Shown: in pieces, positions 29,369 to 37,257 of the stretch
Numbering within the stretch: position 1 is the stretch's first letter
Layout of the letters: every line of letters begins with the position of its first letter
Assembly (NCBI GenBank): GCA_026395215.1
Contig: JAPLZC010000010.1
Span: 140,150 to 204,149 of the forward strand
Direction of reading: 5' to 3'
Length of the DNA stretch: 64,000 nucleotides
Source of the DNA: Candidatus Staskawiczbacteria bacterium
GTDB taxonomy: Bacteria; Patescibacteriota; Minisyncoccia; Minisyncoccales; Staskawiczbacteraceae
Program-made: the position numbers and the translations under genes
Notes under the pieces: model-generated
Database searches by the model: none
The model's input: the letters and a program-made list of their open reading frames with translations, nothing else
Told to the model about the DNA's origin: nothing

Positions 29369-30592
29369 CTAGGGTTTAAAAGCTCTGAGAATTTTTTTAA
29401 ATATAGAGCTTATTTTCCCGGCACCTCCCAGTATACCTTCTTCTGCGCCAGAATCAACCCCCTCTAAAGCCAAACCAACAACTGTTGCTAAAGCAGGGTC
29501 ATCTTGCAGACCAATAATTCCTTTAGGTGTCCCAATTTCACACGATAATTTTAATATCTCTTTTGTAAGTTCTTTAATTTTTGGAATTTTAGCTCCTCCG
29601 CCAGTTAAAACAACTCCACCGGGCAACAACTCCTGCCTGTTTATTTTTTTTAATTCCTTTTGTACCAAATCCAAAATCTCAGAAACCCTTGGCTCAATAA
29701 TATCTACTAAGTCTTTTTTTGTAAAATCTATGGTTGATGACCGATCAAAAACTTCAATTTTTTTCTTTGATTGGTTTTTCTGATCTTTTTCCGTTTTAGC
29801 AAACATACAGGTGCCGTGCTGTTTTTTTATTGCTTCGGCAATTGCAACTTCTGTTTTTAGCCCGATAGCAATGTCATTTGTAATGTTGGCTGACCCAATT
29901 GGAAAAATAGCCAAGTGCATCAGCTGTCCTTCTTCAAAAACTGCCAATGATGTTGTAGCCGCCCCAATGTCAATTAAAGCTACTCCCAATTCTTTTTGCT
30001 GAGAAGTCAAAACAGCATTGGCGGCTGCTAAAGGAGATGGAATAACATCATTTATTTGTAATTTTGAGTTTAAAACAGCCTGGGTCAAGTTTGTAAAATA
30101 TGGTTGAAAATAGCAAAGCAATAAAACTTTTGCTTCCAATCTTATGCCGGTCAAGTTTTCTGGCTCTTTTATGCCTTTTTGATCATCAATAATAAATTCT
30201 CTTGGAATGACATCAAGTATTTCATCATTCTTTGACGCAATATTTATTGCCCTGGTTGCCTGCAAAACTCTTTCAACATCTTCCTTAGAAATTCTCTGGT
30301 CGGCTCTGGAAACAGAAATTATTCCGTCCGATGGAGTAACATAAAGATGATTTCCTCCAATATTCACAAAAGCAGAACTAATTCTTCTATTGCAATCTTT
30401 TTCTATGCCCGACACTATCATCTGCACATTTTTTGCCGTTTCTTCTATATTTACTACCGCTCCTTTTCTAAGCCCAAAAGACGGCATTTCTGCATAAGAT
30501 AAAACTTCCCAATCACTTCCTTTTTTTTGAGCCACAAGTGCTTTAATGCTATGTGTCCCAATATCCAAACCTGTAATAATATTACTCTTCAT
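29369..30592 (-). CDS. ftsA: Cell division protein FtsA
   Basis: Actin-like ATPase motifs (GLDIGTHSIKALV, DIGAATTSLAVF, VVLTGGGAKIP), located immediately upstream of ftsZ. Confidence 0.85.
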   Translation of the reverse strand: MKSNIITGLDIGTHSIKALVAQKKGSDWEVLSYAEMPSFGLRKGAVVNIEETAKNVQMIVSGIEKDCNRRISSAFVNIGGNHLYVTPSDGIISVSRADQRISKEDVERVLQATRAINIASKNDEILDVIPREFIIDDQKGIKEPENLTGIRLEAKVLLLCYFQPYFTNLTQAVLNSKLQINDVIPSPLAAANAVLTSQQKELGVALIDIGAATTSLAVFEEGQLMHLAIFPIGSANITNDIAIGLKTEVAIAEAIKKQHGTCMFAKTEKDQKNQSKKKIEVFDRSSTIDFTKKDLVDIIEPRVSEILDLVQKELKKINRQELLPGGVVLTGGGAKIPKIKELTKEILKLSCEIGTPKGIIGLQDDPALATVVGLALEGVDSGAEEGILGGAGKISSIFKKILRAFKP

Positions 30593-30618
30593 CGCAAATT
30601 TTTAAATTTTTCTAATTT

Positions 30619-31008
30619 TTAAATTTTAAAATATTCTTTCTCTTTTGCTTCCATGATTTCAGCTTCTCTTTTAGACTTTTCGTGATCATATCCGCACAGA
30701 TGCAAAATTCCATGTACAAAAACTTTTACAATATCTTCTTTTTTTTCCTTAACAACTTCCGGACATATTATAACTTCCCCTAAATAACTTTTTTCATTTA
30801 TATTAAACGAAAGAACGTCTGTCGGCTTATTCTTTTTGCGAAATTTTTTGTTAAGCTCTTTTATCTCTGCTTTATCAACAAAAGCCAGAGAAACTGTTTG
30901 TGTTAATCTATTTTCGCCTTTTAATACAATTTTTGCAACTGTGGAAAAAACTTTTTTATCCACACCGCCAAAAGCACATCCCTTTGCGAGATTATTTATT
31001 TCAATCAT
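30619..31008 (-). CDS. ybeY: rRNA maturation RNase YbeY
   Basis: HGILHLCGYDH metal-binding motif. Confidence 0.85.
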   Translation of the reverse strand: MIEINNLAKGCAFGGVDKKVFSTVAKIVLKGENRLTQTVSLAFVDKAEIKELNKKFRKKNKPTDVLSFNINEKSYLGEVIICPEVVKEKKEDIVKVFVHGILHLCGYDHEKSKREAEIMEAKEKEYFKI

Positions 31009-31070
31009 ATTATTATTTTATTTTACACTATTTTTGGCGTAAAACAAAACCCCGCTAACGGGGCTTGAAT

Positions 31071-31550
31071 TTATTGAGCTAATAGTTCTTTCACTATCTT
31101 TGAAACTTCTCCGCCGTCGGCCTTACCTTTTACTTTTGGACTTAAATCGGCCATTACTTTTCCCATATCTTTTATACTTGCAGCTCCGGTGCTGGCAATA
31201 GACTCTGCGACCAATTTTTTGATATCTTCAGTCGAAAGTTGAGCCGGCAGATATTTTATCAAAACTTCTATCTCCTTCTTTTCCCGGTCAGCTAACTCTG
31301 GTCTATTACCTTGTGTGTACAAAGCAATGGCATCTTTTCTTTTTTTAATTTCAGAAGATATTGTTTCAAGTATCTGTTCGTCGGTTAATTGAGCTTCTCC
31401 TTCTATTTTTTCTTTAAACTTTTTCTCTTTTTCTTTAGCCTGTACTGAAGCCAACAACATACGTAAAGTCCCAACAACAAAACTGTCTTTGCTTTTCAGG
31501 GCTTCAGTGGTAGCAATTTGGATGGTTTGCTTTAACATGATTTTAAACAA
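31071..31550 (-). CDS. GatB/YqeY domain protein
   Basis: 159 aa with a YqeY-family sequence pattern (helical, ...LSTEDIKKLVAESIASTGAASIKDMGKVMADL...). Confidence 0.65.
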   Translation of the reverse strand: MFKIMLKQTIQIATTEALKSKDSFVVGTLRMLLASVQAKEKEKKFKEKIEGEAQLTDEQILETISSEIKKRKDAIALYTQGNRPELADREKKEIEVLIKYLPAQLSTEDIKKLVAESIASTGAASIKDMGKVMADLSPKVKGKADGGEVSKIVKELLAQ

Positions 31551-31658
31551 ATTTTCACGGACAAATTACGGATTTTCACAAATCACAGATGTTTCGTATT
31601 TGTGATCTGTGCAAATCTGTTTTCAAATCTGTGTAAATCTGTCAGCGAACGAAGTGAG

Positions 31659-31877
31659 CTATTTTGGTTTGGCCAATTTATCGGCCATTATTTTCTCAGC
31701 TTTTTTGACAACTCTATTTAAGGCAGATCTCTTGTTTGCCAAGTCTGATTTTGCTCTTTTGAAAAATCTGTTTTTCCTCAATTCAAGCAAAATGCCCGAT
31801 TGACGCACAGTTTTTGTAAACCTGTGCACCAAGTTTTGCGAAGTTTCTCTTTCTTTTTTTGTAACTTGTACTGGCAT
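31659..31877 (-). CDS. rpsU: 30S ribosomal protein S21
   Basis: 72-aa basic protein whose sequence (MPVQVTKKERE...RFTKTVRQSGILLELRKNRFFKRAKSD...) matches S21. Confidence 0.8.
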   Translation of the reverse strand: MPVQVTKKERETSQNLVHRFTKTVRQSGILLELRKNRFFKRAKSDLANKRSALNRVVKKAEKIMADKLAKPK

Positions 31878-31974
31878 GATAATATAATACTAATCTACAA
31901 ATCTTATACTAATCTACAAAAATACGAATTCGTGTTTCCGTAGATTAGAATATTTTCCGTAGATTAGTGTTTTG

Positions 31975-33258
31975 TTAGTTTTTTACTTTTTCCTTCATTT
32001 CTTCTACGACCTTGTCGAGTTTAATTTCTTTTTGAACACCTGTTTCCATGTCCCTCAAAGTTATAAACTCTTCTAATGCTTCTTTTTGCCCAAAAATCAA
32101 AACCCATTTTATATTCATTTTGTTTGCGGTTCTTAATTGGGCTTTTAAAGAATCCTTTGAAAATGATTCTGCTACAGGAATTTTTGCGTCTCTGAATTCC
32201 TCAAATAATTTCATACTTTTCCTTTTTGCTAACTGTCCTAACTGCGCTAAAAATATCTTCGGCTCTTCCTCTTTTTTACCAGTTTTCATTTCCCGCGATT
32301 TCATTAAAGAAACAATTCTTTCAATACCAGCTGCCGAACCGCAGGCTGGCACATCTCTTCCGCCCAGCATTTTAGACAAATTGTCATATCTCCCTCCCCC
32401 GGCCAAGGAGCCTAGCGCTTTCCCGTCTTCCGATGTTTCTACAATTTCAAAAACTGTTTTAGTGTAATAGTCCAACCCACGAACCAAATAAGGATTCAAT
32501 GTATATGGTAATTCCAATTCGTCCAAAAATTCCAAAACCTCTTTAAAGTGACCATGGCAACTTTCACAAAGGTGGTCTAATATTTGCGGGGCTCCAGCTT
32601 TTACGCGCTGGCATTTTTCTTCTTTGCAGTCTAAAATTCTCAGTGGATTTTCTTTAAGCCTTCTCTGGCAGTCTCCACACAAGGACGAACGTTTTGATTT
32701 TAAATAACTTGTCAGAATTTTTTTAAAATATGGCCTGCACTCCGAATCTCCAATTGAATTTACTTCAATTGTTAAATTTTTAAATCCCAACTCTTTTAAA
32801 ACGTCATAGCTCATCTGAATTGTCTGGCCATCAATTGACGGGCTGGCTTCCCCAATTGCCTCAAAGCCAAATTGATGAAACTGTCTAAACCTTCCTGCCT
32901 GCGGTCTTTCATATCTGAAAAACGGACCCATATACCAAAGCTTTACGGGCTGAGGCAAGTTGTGCATTCCATGCTCTAAATAACTTCGCATAACCGGAGC
33001 TGTTCCTTCTGGTCTCAAAGAAACCAAATCTCCGCCCTTTGTTCTAAAGGTGTACATTTCTTTGCCAATAATGTCTGTGTCATTGCCAACTGCTTTTTGA
33101 AAAACTTCGGCAAACTCTAAAATAGGAGTTTCAATTTTTTCAAAAGTATAAGAATTGGCAACAGACTCAACTACCTTTTGGACTCTTTTAAAATATATCT
33201 GGTCCTCGGGCAAAACATCGTGCATCCCGGTTAAAGTTTGATAATTTATTTTACTCAT
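31975..33258 (-). CDS. hisS: Histidine--tRNA ligase
   Basis: Class II aaRS motifs (FRYERPQAGRFRQFHQFG, GGGRYD) and a C-terminal anticodon-binding domain. Confidence 0.9.
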   Translation of the reverse strand: MSKINYQTLTGMHDVLPEDQIYFKRVQKVVESVANSYTFEKIETPILEFAEVFQKAVGNDTDIIGKEMYTFRTKGGDLVSLRPEGTAPVMRSYLEHGMHNLPQPVKLWYMGPFFRYERPQAGRFRQFHQFGFEAIGEASPSIDGQTIQMSYDVLKELGFKNLTIEVNSIGDSECRPYFKKILTSYLKSKRSSLCGDCQRRLKENPLRILDCKEEKCQRVKAGAPQILDHLCESCHGHFKEVLEFLDELELPYTLNPYLVRGLDYYTKTVFEIVETSEDGKALGSLAGGGRYDNLSKMLGGRDVPACGSAAGIERIVSLMKSREMKTGKKEEEPKIFLAQLGQLAKRKSMKLFEEFRDAKIPVAESFSKDSLKAQLRTANKMNIKWVLIFGQKEALEEFITLRDMETGVQKEIKLDKVVEEMKEKVKN

Positions 33259-33833
33259 TTTATTATTTTAATTTCATTTATTGGCAGAAGCCTTAATGAC
33301 GCTTTACCAACTACTTGATTTTTTGGCACAACCCCCCAATATCTTGAATCATACGAATATTGTCTGTTATCTCCCATAACAAAATACTGATTGGCGGACA
33401 GCGTAATTTCTTTATCTTGGTAGGTCTTCATATCACCAGGCAAATACTTTTCGTCTAAAACTGTTGTTTTGCCGTCTTTTGTTATTTGGACCTGTCCATT
33501 TGACACGTTAACTGTTTCACCCGGAACCCCAATAATTCTCTTAATGAATCTCTGGCCACTGTATCCTTCTATAAACCCAGCGTTAAAGACAATCACATCT
33601 CCTCTCTGCGGTTCTGAAAATCTGTAGGAGATTTCATCAATAATTAAATAATTTCCGTTCTGAAGGTTAGGCATCATTGATTCTCCACTTACAATAAATG
33701 GCTGAAACAAGAAATATCTTATTGGAGCCACTATAACAAAAGCAATAACGGCTATTTTAACCAGTTCCCAAACAAACGACAAAAATTTATTTGCCTGTGG
33801 CTTTGCTTCTGCGTCTTTACTTTCCTCCATCAT
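33255..33833 (-). CDS. lepB: Signal peptidase I
   Basis: Motifs SGESMMPNL, GDVIVF and GDNRQYSYDSRYWG. Confidence 0.85.
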   Translation of the reverse strand: MMEESKDAEAKPQANKFLSFVWELVKIAVIAFVIVAPIRYFLFQPFIVSGESMMPNLQNGNYLIIDEISYRFSEPQRGDVIVFNAGFIEGYSGQRFIKRIIGVPGETVNVSNGQVQITKDGKTTVLDEKYLPGDMKTYQDKEITLSANQYFVMGDNRQYSYDSRYWGVVPKNQVVGKASLRLLPINEIKIIK

Positions 33834-33864
33834 ACTTTAAGATATTATCACGTTTTTTAAGTAA

Positions 33865-33892
33865 TTGCAAGATGTAAAGAAAGTGCTATAAT
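33865..33892 (+). promoter_or_regulatory. Sigma70-like promoter (TTGCAA-16-TATAAT) upstream of pth, implying a near-leaderless mRNA
   Basis: ttgcaa at 33865-33870, a 16-nt spacer, then tataat at 33887-33892. The pth ATG is at 33901. Confidence 0.4.
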
Positions 33893-33900
33893 AACAAAAC

Positions 33901-34479
33901 ATGACAATAATTATTGGGTTAGGTAACCCCGGAAAAAAATTCGAGAACACTCGCCACAATGTTGGCTTTACCGCGATCGATAAAATCGCCGCGAATTTTC
34001 AATTTCCAATTTTTAATTTTCAATCAAGCTTCAATGCCGAAATTTCTCAAGGCGAAATTGCAAATAAAAAAGCCTTGCTGGTCAAACCGCAAACATTTAT
34101 GAATGATTCGGGAAAGTCTGTAAAAAAAATACTGTCGAAAAACAGAGACCAAGTTTCAGATATAATCGTCATCCATGATGATATAGACCTAGAAATCGGA
34201 AAAATAAAAATCATCAAAGAGCGAGGTAGCGCCGGCCATAAAGGAGTAGAATCAATAATCAAAGCCATCGGAAACGAAGGCTTAGTGAGATTCCGTATAG
34301 GCATTGGTGAGCGGACCCATGGACCGGTCCACGGGTCCAAGAAAGCTATGCAAATTGTCTTAAAAAAATTCACAACCGAAGAACAAAAAACAATAACCGA
34401 AACAATAATAAAAACCGCTGATGCTCTCAATTCATTTGTCACCGATGGCCTAGAAAAGACAATGAATAAATTCAATTAA
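33901..34479 (+). CDS. pth: Peptidyl-tRNA hydrolase
   Basis: N-terminal signature IIGLGNPGKKFENTRHNVGF. Confidence 0.9.
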   Translation: MTIIIGLGNPGKKFENTRHNVGFTAIDKIAANFQFPIFNFQSSFNAEISQGEIANKKALLVKPQTFMNDSGKSVKKILSKNRDQVSDIIVIHDDIDLEIGKIKIIKERGSAGHKGVESIIKAIGNEGLVRFRIGIGERTHGPVHGSKKAMQIVLKKFTTEEQKTITETIIKTADALNSFVTDGLEKTMNKFN

Positions 34480-35455
34480 AAATTTTTACAACTTCCAGCT
34501 GAATCATTTTAGTATTCCCGTGTTTCAGAAGTCCTAAATAAGAATTCAACGTTTCAATACTTGAATTCTTTTTTATTCTATCAAACATTTTGTTCTTAGT
34601 CTTGTTTCTCAGAACTCTATGGTCATAATAATTAACCCAGCCGAGAAAATCCATACCGGAATATAGTGTTTTAATAAAGACTTTGTCAGGATGCAAAATA
34701 AGTTTTAGTTTGTTTTGTAAATATAGTTTTGTTACTAAAACCATATTTTCTAAATACTTTTTACTATCTGATAAAATAACAAAATCATCTGCATAACGAA
34801 TATAGTGTTTTACTTTTAGTTTATGTTTTACAAAATGATCAAACTCGTTTAAATAGATATTAGAAAAAAGTTGAGAAGTTAAATTGCCGAGGGGTAAACC
34901 GTTCGGCTTAAAGCTGAAAGTTATTTCTTTTAATAAATTGATAATATTTTTGTCTAAAATATGTTCTCTTAAAATATCTATCAAAATATTCTGATTTATA
35001 CTGGCGAAAAACTTTTTGATATCGCATTTTAAAACCCAGCAAGTTTTAGTGTTATTTTTTGAAACGATATATGCAAATTCTCTAAATCTATTTATGGCTT
35101 TGTGTGTGCCCTTGTTATTTCTGCAGGAGAACGAGTCAGAAATAAAAGTTCTATCAAAAAATGGATATAATATACGATAGATGGCTCGATGCAAAAGCCG
35201 GTCTCTTACGCTGGCTTTATGGATTATTCTCGGCTTTGGGTCGTTAATTTTAAAACATTCATATCCGCCATGTTTGTATGTGTTATTCTTTAAATCATTA
35301 TGTAATGATAATATATTATCCATCAGGTTAAACTGAAACTCTTGAACGTCTTTTTTATTTCGTTTCCCTTTCAAAAACTCCAGCCAAGCTAAAAGCAAAT
35401 TATCAATACTAACTAAATCATCAAATTTATGACACAGAATACTTTTCATAATCAA
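34472..35455 (-). CDS. Diversity-generating retroelement (DGR) reverse transcriptase
   Basis: 327 aa. RT motifs KCDIKKFFASI (motif 2), LPLGNLTSQLFSNIYLNEFD (motif B') and IRYADDFVIL (YxDD). No maturase or endonuclease domain. Adjacent to avd and to the TR/VR pair. Confidence 0.85.
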   Translation of the reverse strand: MIMKSILCHKFDDLVSIDNLLLAWLEFLKGKRNKKDVQEFQFNLMDNILSLHNDLKNNTYKHGGYECFKINDPKPRIIHKASVRDRLLHRAIYRILYPFFDRTFISDSFSCRNNKGTHKAINRFREFAYIVSKNNTKTCWVLKCDIKKFFASINQNILIDILREHILDKNIINLLKEITFSFKPNGLPLGNLTSQLFSNIYLNEFDHFVKHKLKVKHYIRYADDFVILSDSKKYLENMVLVTKLYLQNKLKLILHPDKVFIKTLYSGMDFLGWVNYYDHRVLRNKTKNKMFDRIKKNSSIETLNSYLGLLKHGNTKMIQLEVVKIFN

Positions 35456-35836
35456 AATAATTATTCCTCTAATCCCCCAAAACTCTTACCTGTTTTAGAG
35501 AAAATTAAAAGTGCTTATCTTTTTTGGTACCAACACTATTTGATTATACCGAAAACGCATAGATATTCTTTGGGAGAAAAAATAGACAAATTTTTTGTTG
35601 AAACACTTGAAGCAATAATTACGGCGAGTTTTTTAAGTCAAAATGAAAAGTTACCTTATGTGCGTTTAGCAATCAGAAAAATAGACACTTTAAAAATATT
35701 TCTAATGCTTCTTTGGGAGACAAAATCTTTTGACAATAAAAAATATATCGCCCTCTCATTAAAATTAGACGAAATCGGGAAAAATCTTGGCGGGTGGTGC
35801 GGACAAATATTAAAACAAAACTCTCTCAAAAAGTGA
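35429..35836 (+). CDS. avd: DGR accessory variability determinant (Avd-like four-helix-bundle protein)
   Basis: 135 aa with the four-helix-bundle (TIGR02436-like) pattern (...RYSLGEKIDKFFVETLEAIITA...LSLKLDEIGKNLGGW). It is divergent from, and 27 nt overlapping with, the annotated RT start. TR lies 18 nt downstream. Confidence 0.65.
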   Translation: MTQNTFHNQNNYSSNPPKLLPVLEKIKSAYLFWYQHYLIIPKTHRYSLGEKIDKFFVETLEAIITASFLSQNEKLPYVRLAIRKIDTLKIFLMLLWETKSFDNKKYIALSLKLDEIGKNLGGWCGQILKQNSLKK

Positions 35837-35853
35837 GCGAGGAATGAAAAGAG

Positions 35854-35983
35854 TTGCGAGCAGGCAGCCAGATTGCCACCATTCCAGTCATTGCTGAGCC
35901 AGTTGTAGTTCCAGTTCCACTTGCCATCATCATCACGATAGACATACAGTACGTTACGGTTGCCGTTAGGGTTCAGAATGATT
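35854..35983 (-). repeat. DGR template repeat (TR); sense strand is the minus strand
   Basis: 130-bp near-copy of 36366-36495. All 12 mismatches are T on the plus strand, meaning A on the minus (sense) strand. The first 29 bp (ttgcgagcaggcagccagattgccaccat) are identical. Confidence 0.85.
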
Positions 35984-36232
35984 TCACAAAATACCGTCTA
36001 TACCACCACCCTTTGAATACTCTTGGGGTTGAATCGGATTCGGTATCGTAATACCCTAGTATTTTGTGCCAAGTATTTTCATTTTTTGAAGTATTTATAC
36101 ACCCTCCGTCTGAATCCTTGAACGCAGACGCTCTCAGCGTATGAACACTGGATTCGGTAGCAGGAAACCGTGATCTCCCGCATATTCGCCTAATACCGCT
36201 TATATTTTATCATAAATTAAAATATTAAAAAA

Positions 36233-36258
36233 CCGGACACCATACTATGTATGTCCGG
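36233..36258 (-). terminator. Terminator-like hairpin (ccggac...gtccgg) with minus-strand T-run downstream of the DGR target gene
   Basis: aaaaaaccggacaccatactatgtatgtccgg. The plus-strand A-run is a T-run on the minus strand. Confidence 0.4.
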
Positions 36259-36359
36259 CAAAGTTTGTGCTGTTCCAAACAGCGTTTTGTGGAAAATACC
36301 ACGATTGTTCTAAGGGCAAAGGATTTCAGGCCAAGACCTAATTTCCAAGTCCTAAGGAC

Positions 36360-37004
36360 TTATACTTGCGAGCAGGCAGCCAGATTGCCACCATCCCAGT
36401 CATTGCCGAGCCAGTCGTAGTCCCAGTGCCACTCGCCATCATCATCACGATAGACATACAGTACGCTACGGTCGCCGTCAGGGCTCAGAATGACATCGCC
36501 GAGGAAGGCGATGAAAGTTGTGCCATTCTGCTGGTACAACTTCTCCAGAACGCTTTCTGTCTTACGCGCCTGATAGTCCTGCCACAAGCCCATAAAGACC
36601 GTGGCTCCGTAGCGGATGGCTCCAGAGGCCTTCAGCCTTGCCAACTTCTCTTCCCCCTTGATTGGGGTTTCACCCTCTTTCAGGGAGGAGGTGAAGTTTG
36701 CCGAACCCAAGTCCACTTCGGTGAGGGCCACGGAAACCTTGTCCTGATCTTTTTGGACAATACTCCAGCCTTTGCCGAGGAACTTGATTGGGTCGAACGG
36801 AGCCGTGGCAAACTTGAGACCGCCGAAGATGAAATTCATACCGTTCTTAATGAACGCTGTCATCCTCCGCCCGATTTCCTCCGGTGGCAGACTGATCACA
36901 TTCGCCTGAAGTTTTTCTCCGTCGATTTGTTGCCAGTCGATCAGGGTTCCATTCCCGCACCGATTGATAACCTCGAAAGCTTGATTCTGTGTTACGACTT
37001 TCAT
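36360..37004 (-). CDS. DGR target (variable) protein with a C-terminal VR of C-type-lectin-fold type
   Basis: 214 aa, GC-rich. The C-terminal 43 aa (DGDRSVLYVYRDDDGEWHWDYDWLGNDWDGGNLAACSQV) is encoded by the VR. TR has AAY/AAG/AGC codons at the varied positions. No obvious signal peptide. Confidence 0.75.
   Translation of the reverse strand: MKVVTQNQAFEVINRCGNGTLIDWQQIDGEKLQANVISLPPEEIGRRMTAFIKNGMNFIFGGLKFATAPFDPIKFLGKGWSIVQKDQDKVSVALTEVDLGSANFTSSLKEGETPIKGEEKLARLKASGAIRYGATVFMGLWQDYQARKTESVLEKLYQQNGTTFIAFLGDVILSPDGDRSVLYVYRDDDGEWHWDYDWLGNDWDGGNLAACSQV
36366..36495 (-). repeat. DGR variable repeat (VR) with an IMH-like invariant 3' end
   Basis: Matches TR except at 12 template-adenine positions. 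The invariant GC-rich 29 bp at the 3' end (coding sense) is IMH-like. A small hairpin lies 5 nt downstream at 36347-36361 (aagtcc-taa-ggactt). Confidence 0.85.
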
Positions 37005-37216
37005 GACACTATCCTTCCTTCGTTTTGCCGACTTTTATTTCCTCACCACCCGGTGAAAAAACTCTATCGGCGTCTGTGCTATGGCGTTTTGCCACACCAG
37101 AAAATTGTTTATTTCTAAACCGCTTTCTGGCATGGCAAAAATAAGTATCTTGTGCTGTAAATGTGCTAATTCGCTATATTATTAATTATACACCTAAATA
37201 GCACCTTTGTCAATGG

Positions 37217-37245
37217 TTGAAAAACATCAGTTTCCCCGCTATAAT
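37217..37245 (+). promoter_or_regulatory. Sigma70-like promoter (TTGAAA-17-TATAAT) for mfd
   Basis: ttgaaa at 37217-37222, a 17-nt spacer, then tataat at 37240-37245. The ATG at 37258 implies a very short leader. Confidence 0.4.
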
Positions 37246-37257
37246 TACGCAATGTGA

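Noticed and set aside
34472-35455. Possible group II intron or retron reverse transcriptase
   Set aside because: There is no maturase/X or endonuclease domain and no intron RNA domain V/VI-like structure nearby. It is paired with an Avd-like gene and an adenine-specific TR/VR, so it is a DGR RT.
35854-37118. Two plus-strand ORFs (35854-36051 and 36366-37118) sharing the N-terminus MRAGSQIATIPVIAEPVVVPVPLAIIITIDIQY
   Set aside because: These are the antisense images of the DGR TR and VR. The real gene is the minus-strand target 36360-37004, and the shared sequence simply reflects TR/VR homology.
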